Origin: a virus
Lineage: Duplodnaviria; Heunggongvirae; Uroviricota; Caudoviricetes
DNA length: 33,534 bases
Direction: 5' to 3' (one strand)
IMG/VR virus record: IMGVR_UViG_2558860170_000005
Made by a program: the position numbers and the translations under genes. Under the pieces are notes generated by a model that searched no databases, was not told the origin of the DNA, and was given only the letters and a program-made list of their open reading frames with translations. Below, one piece after another: positions 10,484 to 19,876 of this stretch (the stretch's first letter is position 1; each line of letters begins with the position of its first letter).

Positions 10484-11082
10484 TACGCAAACTCCAGCAG
10501 CTGCGCGGCCACATTTTCGACTTGTTCCGGAGAGGAAAATTTACGGAACAGAATCCAGTTCCACAGCACATTCAGAACAGATTTATAAACCTGCTGAAAC
10601 TCGGTTTCGTCCATATTCGCAAAAGCGATGGATTTTGCCCGACGCCCGCGGCTACCGTCCGGATAAAAATGTTCGGTGTAAAATCCAGCCTGAATGGTTA
10701 CCCACTCGCGAAAAGCCTCAAACGACTTTAGCAATGCCGTATCCCGGGTTCTGCGTGTCGCAACTGTATTCAGATATTGCTCTGCGGCTTCGCTCAGAGC
10801 TGGCGTATGTTCCCGACCTACTGATTCGCACAGGTAATCAACGAAACCAGACAGCAGTTCTCGTTCGCGAGGCGTGATCGCCCCACCGACCGGAGTCCAG
10901 TAATCGAATCCCAGTTGCAGGAGTTTGAAAAAACGCTTGTGGAATGCGTAGTTACGCACACGCTTAAAGTCTGCGTGTATCCACTCACCTGTTTTGATTT
11001 GATGCAGAAAATCGCAACTCTCCGGCGTCGCCGGGAGAAGTAATCCGGAAGAGGTTTGTTTGATCAGTTGTATATGCGCCAT
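10483..11082 (-). CDS. YbcN-like phage protein (DUF1367 type)
   Basis: MAHIQLIKQTSSGLLLPATPES…KSIAFANMDETEFQQVYKSVLNVLW… resembles DLP12 YbcN. Confidence 0.55.
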   Translation of the reverse strand: MAHIQLIKQTSSGLLLPATPESCDFLHQIKTGEWIHADFKRVRNYAFHKRFFKLLQLGFDYWTPVGGAITPRERELLSGFVDYLCESVGREHTPALSEAAEQYLNTVATRRTRDTALLKSFEAFREWVTIQAGFYTEHFYPDGSRGRRAKSIAFANMDETEFQQVYKSVLNVLWNWILFRKFSSPEQVENVAAQLLEFA

Positions 11083-11153
11083 CGTAGTTCTCCGCTGGCG
11101 CAGTAGAATGGGTGTTCAGCCCGTTATGTAGTATACCAGAATTAATGCCAATA

Positions 11154-11366
11154 CTAACAGGATGCTCTGACTCGCAATTCATCCAGCAGTTTATCATTTC
11201 CCATAATGTCACTTACCCTCATCGGTAAAAAAATTGCCTTTCGACCATTACGATACATCATTGATTTTTTGGTTTCAGGGAAGTAATCCATTTCGACTAT
11301 AACTGACAGGTCATCACGACGTATGACTGCGTATTTACTACTAAATAGTTTCTTTATTTTTTCCAC
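11154..11366 (-). CDS. Hypothetical small phage protein
   Basis: 70-codon ORF with GTG start preceded by GGAGG; upstream region cut by IS1 copy 2. Confidence 0.35.
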   Translation of the reverse strand: MEKIKKLFSSKYAVIRRDDLSVIVEMDYFPETKKSMMYRNGRKAIFLPMRVSDIMGNDKLLDELRVRASC

Positions 11367-11472
11367 GATGCCTCCAGGTTTATAAGTACAAACGGTTATA
11401 TCAACATAGAGACAAAAGGTGATGCTGCCAACTTACTGATTTAGTGTATGATGGTGTTTTTGAGGTGCTCCA

Positions 11473-11748
11473 GTGGCTTCTGTTTCTATCAGCTGTCCCT
11501 CCTGTTCAGCTACTGACGGGGTGGTGCGTAACGGCAAAAGCACTGCCGGACATCAGCGCTATCTCTGCTCTCACTGCCGTAAAACATGGCAACTGCAGTT
11601 CACTTACACCGCTTCCCAACCCGGTACGCACCAGAAAATCATTGATATGGCCATGAATGGCGTTGGATGCCGGGCAACTGCACGCATTATGGGCGTTGGC
11701 CTCAACACGATTTTACGTCACTTAAAAAACTCAGGCCGCAGTCGGTAA
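11473..11748 (+). CDS. insA: IS1 InsA
   Basis: Same as copy 1. Confidence 0.95.
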
Positions 11749-12170
11749 CCTCGCGCATACAGCCGGGCAGTGACGTCATCGTCTGCGCGGAAATGGACGA
11801 ACAGTGGGGCTATGTCGGGGCTAAATCGCGCCAGCGCTGGCTGTTTTACGCGTATGACAGTCTCCGGAAGACGGTTGTTGCGCACGTATTCGGTGAACGC
11901 ACTATGGCGACGCTGGGGCGTCTTATGAGCCTGCTGTCACCCTTTGACGTGGTGATATGGATGACGGATGGCTGGCCGCTGTATGAATCCCGCCTGAAGG
12001 GAAAGCTGCACGTAATCAGCAAGCGATATACGCAGCGAATTGAGCGGCATAACCTGAATCTGAGGCAGCACCTGGCACGGCTGGGACGGAAGTCGCTGTC
12101 GTTCTCAAAATCGGTGGAGCTGCATGACAAAGTCATCGGGCATTATCTGAACATAAAACACTATCAATAA
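11667..12170 (+). CDS. insB: IS1 InsB
   Basis: Same as copy 1. Confidence 0.95.
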
Positions 12171-12277
12171 GTTGGAGTCATTACCAAAAAAACCGCCGAA
12201 ACGGGTTAAGTGCGGGTGCGTTGAGGATGCCTGACACATCAAAGGTGGCGGGAGATTACTCTCCCGCCTGGTCACTC

Positions 12278-12433
12278 TTACTCTCTAGATTCGTAGTCTA
12301 CGAAAACAGCGACCTCCGTCTGGCCGATTCGGATTCGTACCTCGCAGAGGTCTTTCCTCGTTACCAGTGCCGTCACAATGACGGTTAAACAGATGACGAT
12401 CAGGGCGATTAACATCGCCTTTTGCTGCTTCAT
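12278..12433 (-). CDS. hok: Hok-family type I toxin
   Basis: MKQQKAMLIALIVICLTVIVTALVTRKDLCEVRIRIGQTEVAVF… single TM; near-identical to HokD/RelF as I recall it. Confidence 0.85.
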   Translation of the reverse strand: MKQQKAMLIALIVICLTVIVTALVTRKDLCEVRIRIGQTEVAVFVDYESRE

Positions 12434-12490
12434 AGCCTGCTTCTCCTTGCCTTTCGGCACGTAAGAGGCTAACCTACATTTGTGAGACAT
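12278..12490 (-). CDS. mok: Mok-like overlapping reading frame
   Basis: 70-codon frame starting upstream of and co-terminal with hok, as in hok/mok/sok loci. Confidence 0.5.
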   Translation of the reverse strand: MSHKCRLASYVPKGKEKQAMKQQKAMLIALIVICLTVIVTALVTRKDLCEVRIRIGQTEVAVFVDYESRE

Positions 12491-12775
12491 AGATTGGGCC
12501 TCAGATTAATGTTAAGCGTCTTGCAGGACGCGTAATGTTAACTGGGGCTTTTCTCTGTCTGCCTTACAGTGACATACCCGAGGCAGACAGCCTCAAGCAC
12601 CCGCAGCAATCTTACCGACACCGATAAGAAAACGCTATTTTTTATTGCCAGCACCATCTATCCAGGCTAGTTTATCTGCGTCAGAACGGCGCAATGCGCT
12701 CGCCTGAGATACGTTTACTTGCCATGGTAACAACAGGTAACGGCAATTGCTGTTTCTGTTTTGTTTCCTTCAAAA

Positions 12776-12806
12776 ACCCCGGACCATCAATCCGGGGTTT
12801 TTGTTT
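12776..12806. terminator. Bidirectional intrinsic terminator
   Basis: CCCCGGA-ccatcaa-TCCGGGG flanked by an A-run upstream and TTTTTGTTTG downstream. Confidence 0.55.
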
Positions 12807-12807
12807 G

Positions 12808-12891
12808 TTAACCCCAACGGCAAATCGAATACACCACCAGCGCCACCGCCATCGCAATTCCTACCGTGGTGAATGCCTCAGGCCAGGTCAT
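12808..12891 (-). CDS. Small hydrophobic peptide (27 aa), translationally coupled to the upstream gene
   Basis: MTWPEAFTTVGIAMAVALVVYSICRWG; start overlaps the DUF551 gene stop (ATGA); followed by the terminator. Not in the ORF track because of its size. Confidence 0.4.
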   Translation of the reverse strand: MTWPEAFTTVGIAMAVALVVYSICRWG

Positions 12892-13253
12892 TGATTCACC
12901 TCCTGCGGTGGTTCCGGTAGCGGCATCCAGTGAGTTGAGCTCTCTACTTCAACGCCGTCTTTGTCCACAAAAGCCATCTTATTCCCGCCACGAGTGGGGC
13001 AAAAAACCTTATCCCAGGAACCGGGGAATACATTCCCGAGATCATCGAGAAGAATCACATCGCAATATTCAGCAGGAACTGCATCACTACAGCTTATCCA
13101 GCCAGCCGGAGCTACCGGAGAGTTGCCAGCCTTACGCATGGCCATTTCCACGATTTCAACCATATCTCCTGGTGGAATTTTACAAAGTTGCCCAATACAT
13201 TTCTGCTGCCTGGCATATTCGAGAATGTGCTCCAGTTTGGTTCGATTAATCAT
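12888..13253 (-). CDS. DUF551-type phage protein
   Basis: C-terminal …STHWMPLPEPPQ signature typical of DUF551. Confidence 0.65.
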   Translation of the reverse strand: MINRTKLEHILEYARQQKCIGQLCKIPPGDMVEIVEMAMRKAGNSPVAPAGWISCSDAVPAEYCDVILLDDLGNVFPGSWDKVFCPTRGGNKMAFVDKDGVEVESSTHWMPLPEPPQEVNQ

Positions 13254-13918
13254 TATTTATCTCCCTTAAGCATGGCAGCGCGGCAGGCGTTCCAGCCATC
13301 AACATAATCAAACGTATTACTATCGTTTGGCCCGATTTCATCCGGCACTATCGGCTCTGGTTGGATAGTGACGTTGGCAAAGGCAGCACGCAAACCGGTT
13401 TTAATTTCTTCGATTTCATCAGAGCCAAGCGATGAATCTGACAGTGCGTGATGGAATGCGTAAGCCATGTCGTCGTTTACTGCAACCGGCACTGCCGGCG
13501 CTGCGTAAAGCGGTGTTATATCTGCCCGAAAATCACATGCTTTATGCAGTCGTACCCAACACTCAACTTCCGCTTTGTCAAAATATATAGCAGTGAACGT
13601 ATTAGATTCCTGGTCAACTTGAGTAAACGTCACCTTCCACGCTACAGCTACGGCTTTCCATCCATCAGGTTGTCGCATTCGCGGGGCAGCATAAAGCTCA
13701 TGCATTCCATCAGGCAGCGAGTGACCCACATACTCACCGAACCCGTCAATACACATGCCCCCATCTTCAACAATGCATTCCGCTACAGGCTCTGCTTCCA
13801 GTGATGCCAGAGCGATAAGCGCCAGTTCACGAATTTCACCGCCGTCTATATCGTCAATATCATCGCGGCCAGAAATGTTAGCCAGCCATTGCAGTCGCTC
13901 TTTGGTAATAGTGGTCAT
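13253..13918 (-). CDS. Hypothetical acidic phage protein
   Basis: 221-aa ORF in operon context with ATGA-type overlaps to both neighbours. Confidence 0.5.
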   Translation of the reverse strand: MTTITKERLQWLANISGRDDIDDIDGGEIRELALIALASLEAEPVAECIVEDGGMCIDGFGEYVGHSLPDGMHELYAAPRMRQPDGWKAVAVAWKVTFTQVDQESNTFTAIYFDKAEVECWVRLHKACDFRADITPLYAAPAVPVAVNDDMAYAFHHALSDSSLGSDEIEEIKTGLRAAFANVTIQPEPIVPDEIGPNDSNTFDYVDGWNACRAAMLKGDK

Positions 13919-14280
13919 GCCGTAGCCCCTTCTTGATATTTTTCAAACCAGAACACAACCGGGTCAGATTTCATTTCAACCAATCCCATACGAACCAGCG
14001 CTTTGCCTTTCCCGGACGCAAGGAATTCACGACGACCATCACTGATAATTCGTCGATAATCTTCCAGGCTACTGCAATGCTTGTGCAGATTGCATGGGTG
14101 GCATGCTGGTACCATGTTGGATATATCGTCACGTTCCTGGTGAAGCATATTTCCATCAAAACGAATGACCGGTTTTACATGGTCTGCATGCCACTTTTCG
14201 CCAAGTTCGCAGCCGCAATAAGCGCAGCGACCACCGAACTTCATGCGCAGTTCTGCACGTTGTTTTTTCGTCAGTGCCAT
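13915..14280 (-). CDS. HNH endonuclease
   Basis: MALTKKQRAELRMKFGGRCAYCG…HADHVKP…CHPCNLHK: Cys/His HNH zinc-finger motif. Longer frame to 14370 is possible. Confidence 0.7.
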   Translation of the reverse strand: MALTKKQRAELRMKFGGRCAYCGCELGEKWHADHVKPVIRFDGNMLHQERDDISNMVPACHPCNLHKHCSSLEDYRRIISDGRREFLASGKGKALVRMGLVEMKSDPVVFWFEKYQEGATA

Positions 14281-14281
14281 A

Positions 14282-14500
14282 TCAGCTTTCCTTATACGGA
14301 TTAATTTTATTGTGCAGTGTGTTGAATGACGCCCATACCACGTCGTTATACAATTCAATAACTGGCTCAATTATTTTTCCGATTATCCAGACAAAAATTA
14401 GCGGGGATATCGGTGTCATCAACACGATAAACAGAATGAGAAACAGGAATTCTGTTGTTCTACTCTTTCGCGGATATTTTTTTCTAAATAATGTAACCAT
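14282..14500 (-). CDS. Hypothetical small membrane protein
   Basis: 72-aa ORF with a hydrophobic core, co-oriented with neighbours. Confidence 0.3.
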   Translation of the reverse strand: MVTLFRKKYPRKSRTTEFLFLILFIVLMTPISPLIFVWIIGKIIEPVIELYNDVVWASFNTLHNKINPYKES

Positions 14501-14988
14501 TCATTACCGCCCTTTCGAGCGGTCTCCTGATGATTTGAGGGTGCAGAAATCCCTCCGGTTAAGGATTAAATTTTTAACAGTGCTAAATTTAATTATTCAG
14601 TTCTGGATTTTGTCGCCCTGCGTATCCGCGCTTTCGCGTTACGCTCAATCTGTATCAGCTTTTCTATATTTCTCCGCCTTTCCTGTTCCTCCTGGCGCAA
14701 TAGCCTTACATCATCTGCCAGTCTGGTTTCTCTTTTTGCCACAGAGAGCATCCAGTCAAACGGCTCCACAACCGCACCGCAGATTTTACAGCGGACCTGA
14801 CGCTCTTTTTCGTCAACCCGGACAGAGGCGTGATGGCAATATGGTCTTTCCGATGGTTCATAAAGAAAATTAACCTGATTACGTGGGTCATCCTCTTTTA
14901 CCGGAAATAAAACGATATTGCTTAACTCATCTTGGTGATGCTGCCAACTTACTGATTTAGTGTATGATGGTGTTTTTGAGGTGCTCCA

Positions 14989-15264
14989 GTGGCTTCTGTT
15001 TCTATCAGCTGTCCCTCCTGTTCAGCTACTGACGGGGTGGTGCGTAACGGCAAAAGCACTGCCGGACATCAGCGCTATCTCTGCTCTCACTGCCGTAAAA
15101 CATGGCAACTGCAGTTCACTTACACCGCTTCTCAACCCGGTACGCACCAGAAAATCATTGATATGGCCATGAATGGCGTTGGATGCCGGGCAACTGCACG
15201 CATTATGGGCGTTGGCCTCAACACGATTTTACGTCACTTAAAAAACTCAGGCCGCAGTCGGTAA
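14989..15264 (+). CDS. insA: IS1 InsA
   Basis: Same as copy 1. Confidence 0.95.
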
Positions 15265-15686
15265 CCTCGCGCATACAGCCGGGCAGTGACGTCATCGTCT
15301 GCGCGGAAATGGACGAACAGTGGGGCTATGTCGGGGCTAAATCGCGCCAGCGCTGGCTGTTTTACGCGTATGACAGTCTCCGGAAGACGGTTGTTGCGCA
15401 CGTATTCGGTGAACGCACTATGGCGACGCTGGGGCGTCTTATGAGCCTGCTGTCACCCTTTGACGTGGTGATATGGATGACGGATGGCTGGCCGCTGTAT
15501 GAATCCCGCCTGAAGGGAAAGCTGCACGTAATCAGCAAGCGATATACGCAGCGAATTGAGCGGCATAACCTGAATCTGAGGCAGCACCTGGCACGGCTGG
15601 GACGGAAGTCGCTGTCGTTCTCAAAATCGGTGGAGCTGCATGACAAAGTCATCGGGCATTATCTGAACATAAAACACTATCAATAA
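15183..15686 (+). CDS. insB: IS1 InsB
   Basis: Same as copy 1. Confidence 0.95.
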
Positions 15687-15904
15687 GTTGGAGTCATTAC
15701 CAACTCATCTTCTGGTTTTATTTCCATGCTCCTCTCCTTTGATGCGAATACCAGCGGTAATTGAAGCCTGATAGCTAATTTTACTCACAGTACCGCCTCC
15801 TGAAATTTCCCCTGATAAAACGCCAGCACGCGCTGCATAGTGAGGTAGCCTGAGTTTAACGGACACTCCTTCCTGAAATAGAATGGCATCAGAAGGAGCT
15901 AATA

Positions 15905-16207
15905 ATGAGCAGAAAAACCCAACGTTACTCTAAAGAGTTCAAAGCCGAAGCTGTCAGAACGGTTCTTGAAAATCAACTTTCGATCAGTGAAGGCGCTTCC
16001 CGATTATCTCTTCCTGAAGGCACTTTAGGACAATGGGTTACCGCCGCCAGAAAAGGGCTCGGTACTCCTGGTTCCCGCACGGTGGCTGAACTGGAATCTG
16101 AAATTCTGCAACTGCGTAAGGCGTTAAATGAAGCTCGCCTTGAGCGAGATATATTAAAAAAAGCAACAGCGTATTTTGCACAGGAGTCGCTGAAAAATAC
16201 GCGTTAA
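15905..16207 (+). CDS. IS600 OrfA
   Basis: Same as other copies (P20L variant). Confidence 0.95.
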   Translation: MSRKTQRYSKEFKAEAVRTVLENQLSISEGASRLSLPEGTLGQWVTAARKGLGTPGSRTVAELESEILQLRKALNEARLERDILKKATAYFAQESLKNTR

Positions 16208-16242
16208 TCGAACAATGGCGACAACAATTTCCCATTGAAGCG

Positions 16243-17061
16243 ATGTGTCAGGTATTTGGTGTATCCAGGAGCGGTTATTACAACTGGGTACAGCATGAAC
16301 CCTCAGACAGAAAACAAAGTGATGAGCGGCTAAAACTGGAGATTAAGGTGGCACATATCCGCACTCGCGAAACATATGGAACCCGGCGGCTCCAGACGGA
16401 GCTGGCAGAGAATGGCATCATCGTTGGTCGTGACCGACTGGCACGTCTTCGTAAGGAGCTAAGGCTACGCTGTAAGCAGAAACGCAAGTTCAGAGCGACT
16501 ACGAACTCGAACCACAATCTGCCAGTTGCGCCAAATCTGCTGAACCAGACGTTCGCTCCTACAGCACCAAATCAGGTCTGGGTGGCGGACCTGACGTATG
16601 TTGCCACACTGGAGGGATGGTTGTACCTCGCTGGCATCAAAGATGTTTATACGTGCGAAATTGTCGGCTACGCCATGGGAGAGCGCATGACAAAAGAGCT
16701 GACAGGTAAAGCCCTGTTTATGGCGCTCAGGAGCCAGCGCCCACCTGCCGGGCTAATCCACCACTCTGATCGAGGTTCACAGTACTGCGCATACGATTAC
16801 CGGGTCATACAGGAGCAGTTTGGTCTGAAAACATCAATGTCGCGTAAAGGTAACTGTTACGACAACGCTCCGATGGAAAGCTTCTGGGGAACGCTGAAAA
16901 ATGAGAGCCTGAGCCACTATCGTTTTAATAACCGGGATGAAGCCATCTCAGTAATACGGGAATACATTGAGATTTTCTACAATCGTCAGCGTCGTCACTC
17001 TCGTCTGGGGAATATCTCCCCGGCAGCCTTCAGGGAAAAATATCATCAGATGGCTGCTTAA
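16243..17061 (+). CDS. IS600 OrfB
   Basis: Same as other copies (Q→L variant in VATLEGW). Confidence 0.95.
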   Translation: MCQVFGVSRSGYYNWVQHEPSDRKQSDERLKLEIKVAHIRTRETYGTRRLQTELAENGIIVGRDRLARLRKELRLRCKQKRKFRATTNSNHNLPVAPNLLNQTFAPTAPNQVWVADLTYVATLEGWLYLAGIKDVYTCEIVGYAMGERMTKELTGKALFMALRSQRPPAGLIHHSDRGSQYCAYDYRVIQEQFGLKTSMSRKGNCYDNAPMESFWGTLKNESLSHYRFNNRDEAISVIREYIEIFYNRQRRHSRLGNISPAAFREKYHQMAA

Positions 17062-17488
17062 AAAAAGAACAAATGGTAGTGTCCGCTATTGCCAGTACAC
17101 CTCATAGCTTCGCTCTTCCGGCACTCGCGACAGATTATATTCAGGCGCCTGTCGTAGCGGCGTATTTCTCCGTCTGGTAATGACCAGATAAGGTCAGGAT
17201 CAACCACAACCGGTTTCTTCACCTTTACCCTCGATAGCTTTTTGCGGGCGTTTTGCCAGTCTTTATGAGCCTGTTCAGAGGGAAATACCCCGTAGCCAGA
17301 ATTATATACATCACCACTTGCGACCAGTTCCATGCATAAGCGACCGACAGACGCACGACTGATACCTGTTTCATCTGACAACTGCCGAATCGTGACCCGA
17401 CCGTCCTGATGCACGAGTTCCACAATTCGCGTCTTCAGTTCTTCCCGCTGTTCGGGAGTAAAAGGTTTCGCCATAAATCCTCCTGAAA

Positions 17489-18235
17489 CTACTTAACAAC
17501 CCTCGAATGGCTAACATTCGGACGCCAGCTCTCCCAGTTAAAATTCACCCAGCGCCCGCCGTTCATGACCATGCGATCCATCACCCGCTCGCCGAGAAGT
17601 GTATTCATCGCTGCATGGTTAATATTTGTCAGCATCCCCACACCGCGTAACGATGCCGTCCGGCGATCAACAATCTGGTTCAGTACCACCTGCTCGTTTT
17701 TCGTATCCCGCTGCATGCCAATTTCATCCAGGACCAGCAGGTCAACACCACAAAGCTCCTGTAAAAATTTTTCACCGGATTTGCCGTTGTCGTAGCTCTC
17801 ATGCAACACGCTCATGACATCGGACACGGTGACGATAATCACGCTACGCCCCTTCGCCATCAGCCGGTTGCCAATCGCGTCTGCAAGATGATTTTTTCCG
17901 GTGCCGGGCTTACCGCTGAACACAAAATTCGTACAGCCTGTCATCAGTTCGTCAGCTATGGATTTCGCCTGACTCAGTGCATGTCGCTGACCGTCGTTCT
18001 GCGCCCGGTAATTCGCAAACGAACACTTCCGGTGCAACGGCTGGATGCCGGAGCGGTTCAGGATTTTTTCCACCCGCAACTGACGATTCAGGCGGTTGAT
18101 CTCCTCGCAACGTTTCTGGCCTTCAGCAAGTTGCCACTCGCGCCACTCCGCAACCGTTCTGAATGGGGCGGTTACATGTGGTGGGGTCAGTCTGCGGATA
18201 CGCTCCAGAACGCCTCCTGTCGCAATATTTTTCAT
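17489..18235 (-). CDS. DnaC-like helicase loader (phage replication protein)
   Basis: Walker A FSGKPGTGKNHLA, Walker B DLLVLDEIG; overall resemblance to E. coli DnaC / Rac YdaV. Confidence 0.75.
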   Translation of the reverse strand: MKNIATGGVLERIRRLTPPHVTAPFRTVAEWREWQLAEGQKRCEEINRLNRQLRVEKILNRSGIQPLHRKCSFANYRAQNDGQRHALSQAKSIADELMTGCTNFVFSGKPGTGKNHLADAIGNRLMAKGRSVIIVTVSDVMSVLHESYDNGKSGEKFLQELCGVDLLVLDEIGMQRDTKNEQVVLNQIVDRRTASLRGVGMLTNINHAAMNTLLGERVMDRMVMNGGRWVNFNWESWRPNVSHSRVVK

Positions 18236-18241
18236 GGTCTG

Positions 18242-19393
18242 TTACCCCCTGAAGCCTGGCGGGATCGCACTGTCCGGCAACGAGACGGTGTTAACCTGTC
18301 GGAGCAACGTCTCAGGCCGAACACCTTTCGGCGCGAACAGACCCTGGTATTCATTGGCGATGCTGTGTCGAATCACCTGCTCAGGTGTAAAACCCTGCTG
18401 ACGGAATTTTTCCAGTTCCCGTATCGCCCCGTTAGCGCCCTGCTCCGTTCGAATCGGTTTTCGCAATGCCTGCCTGAACTGGACCCACTCATGCCAGAGT
18501 GTTTCTGGCAACCAGTCGGGCAGATCAACTGACAACGGGTCAAATTTTTTCTGGCGAACAGCCCCACCGATAACCAGAATTCCCTGCTCGGTGTGCCTTG
18601 CGATATCACTGCGCCGCAAGACACATATCCCGGTTTCAACAGCACCGATTTTGAGCAGTGATTTCTGTCGCGGAGAATTTCGGTCAAGCTCGCTCCCACA
18701 CCGGACACCGTTCCTGTCAGTCACGACGATATCAATCCGCCCTCCGCAACCGTCACCACGCTCTGGCACCGGATACTCACGACAGACATCCAGGCCAGCA
18801 GCCTGCAACGCAACCACCGCAGAATTACAAAATTCCGCTGCAGTACCGCCAGATAATCTCCCCTCAAGCACTCCAGCCACAAAATCCCGAAACTCCCTTC
18901 CGGAAGGGAAGGGTTTGGGATGGGTTAGATCTGTTTTTAGATCTTTATCTGTATCTTTATTAGTTGCCTTTGTGTTGGCATCATGTTCGAACATCACTCC
19001 AACATCTGTTTGAACACCTGTTAAATTTCTCTCTTGTTTTGTTTGAACATCTGCTTCCTTTCTGCTTCTTCTGGCCTGAACAGATGCTTTTCCTGCGGCT
19101 GATTTTTTGGTTAATTTTTCTCTGACAGATGCCAGATCTTCCTCAATCCGAAGATGCATCCATTCGTCGCCGTTATCACAAAAAAACTCCCGCAAGGATG
19201 GTTCAACATCAACCCATCGCTCGTTAGTCAGACGGGCAATTTTTGCCAACCTGTTTTTGGGTATTGGCTTTCCTGTTTGCCAGTAATTGAACATCAGCAA
19301 CAAATACGCGCCGTGCTCCTCTGCTGACAAATGCATGGTGTCAGCCAGGTAATCAGCTATGTACAGTTGCATGTATGGTAATGCGGCCATAAT
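18242..19393 (-). CDS. Replication initiator (YdaU/DUF1376-type N-terminus, O-like role)
   Basis: N-terminal …LPYMQLYIADYLADTMHLSAEEHGAY… motif; lies immediately upstream of the DnaC-like gene; iteron cluster inside. Start could be 19441 instead. Confidence 0.6.
   Translation of the reverse strand: MMAALPYMQLYIADYLADTMHLSAEEHGAYLLLMFNYWQTGKPIPKNRLAKIARLTNERWVDVEPSLREFFCDNGDEWMHLRIEEDLASVREKLTKKSAAGKASVQARRSRKEADVQTKQERNLTGVQTDVGVMFEHDANTKATNKDTDKDLKTDLTHPKPFPSGREFRDFVAGVLEGRLSGGTAAEFCNSAVVALQAAGLDVCREYPVPERGDGCGGRIDIVVTDRNGVRCGSELDRNSPRQKSLLKIGAVETGICVLRRSDIARHTEQGILVIGGAVRQKKFDPLSVDLPDWLPETLWHEWVQFRQALRKPIRTEQGANGAIRELEKFRQQGFTPEQVIRHSIANEYQGLFAPKGVRPETLLRQVNTVSLPDSAIPPGFRG
18984..19051. 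repeat. Iteron-like repeats (candidate origin) inside the initiator gene
   Basis: TGTTCGAACATC (18984), TGTTTGAACACC (19007), TGTTTGAACATC (19040); adjacent AT-rich tract with TTAGATCT repeated at 18925 and 18937. Confidence 0.5.
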
Positions 19394-19453
19394 TGCCCCG
19401 TATGATGCTGCCCGGTTGCTTAGAATAAGCACAAACAGCATGGAAACTTTTGC

Positions 19454-19876
19454 TTAATGAACAATGACAGAATCGTCGGAAGACCCGCCGCCGCTGAAAT
19501 GCGCTTTCCGGTAAACGGCCTGGACTGCATCATCATGCGCATCAATTGCCGTACTCAACGCTTCCTGCGCCGCCAGTAATGCACGGCGTTCCAGGGTATC
19601 GAAGATGCAGAGTCGGTGACGCAGCTCGCGCGGAAGAATTGCCAGAACCGCAGGGATCAGTTTCTGAATTTTTTCCCTTTGCGCTTTCGTTTCACCTTTC
19701 AACCAACGGTGATAGATATTCTGCTGATTGTTCCAGTCCTTGCCTGGTACAAGGGGCAATTCGCCGCCCCCCTGGCGCAGATATTCTTCAGTAATTGCGT
19801 TAGCGACCCACGCCTGCCCTTTTTCGGCTGCCAGGGCTAACAACACTGATTCGATGTGCTCATGCCTGATTTTCAT
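19454..19876 (-). CDS. YdaT-like phage regulatory protein
   Basis: 140-aa ORF directly downstream of the cro-like gene with ATGA-type overlap, same position as Rac ydaT. Confidence 0.4.
   Translation of the reverse strand: MKIRHEHIESVLLALAAEKGQAWVANAITEEYLRQGGGELPLVPGKDWNNQQNIYHRWLKGETKAQREKIQKLIPAVLAILPRELRHRLCIFDTLERRALLAAQEALSTAIDAHDDAVQAVYRKAHFSGGGSSDDSVIVH

Larger units (their letters stand above)
11418..12185 (+). mobile_element. IS1 copy 2 (768 bp), no target duplication
   Basis: Standard IS1 termini; flanks GAGACAAAA vs AAAAAAACC do not match, suggesting a rearrangement junction. Confidence 0.95.
14934..15701 (+). mobile_element. IS1 copy 3 (768 bp), simple insertion
   Basis: IS1 termini; 10-bp direct repeat AACTCATCTT at 14924-14933 and 15702-15711. 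Confidence 0.95.
14583..15727 (-). pseudogene. Zinc-ribbon / coiled-coil phage gene split by IS1 copy 3
   Basis: ATG at 15727 (GGAGAGGAG upstream), codons MEIKPEDE, then IS1; frame resumes after one duplication copy as …LSNIVLFPVKEDDPRNQ…PYCHHASVRVDEKERQVRCKICG… to stop at 14583. Confidence 0.55.
15841..17104 (+). mobile_element. IS600 copy 3, simple insertion
   Basis: IS600 termini; 3-bp direct repeat TAG at 15838-15840 and 17105-17107. Confidence 0.95.
15785..17474 (-). pseudogene. HTH phage protein gene split near its 3' end by IS600 copy 3
   Basis: ORF 17474→17108 (MAKPFTPEQREELKTRIVELV… HTH) stops at the IS600 end; after removing IS600 and one TAG duplication it continues in-frame …KSEA|MQRVLAFYQGKFQEAVL to stop at 15785. 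Confidence 0.5.

Noticed and set aside
14274-14891. 199-aa plus-strand ORF and 61-aa minus ORF (14706..14891)
   Set aside because: The plus ORF is antisense to the HNH and zinc-ribbon genes; the 61-aa minus ORF is in the wrong frame relative to the zinc-ribbon gene that reconstructs across IS1.
17801-18532. 243-aa plus-strand ORF (also 18591..19013 and 9523..10125 plus-strand ORFs)
   Set aside because: Antisense to recognisable minus-strand genes (DnaC-like, initiator, Q-like); no ribosome-binding sites or operon logic.
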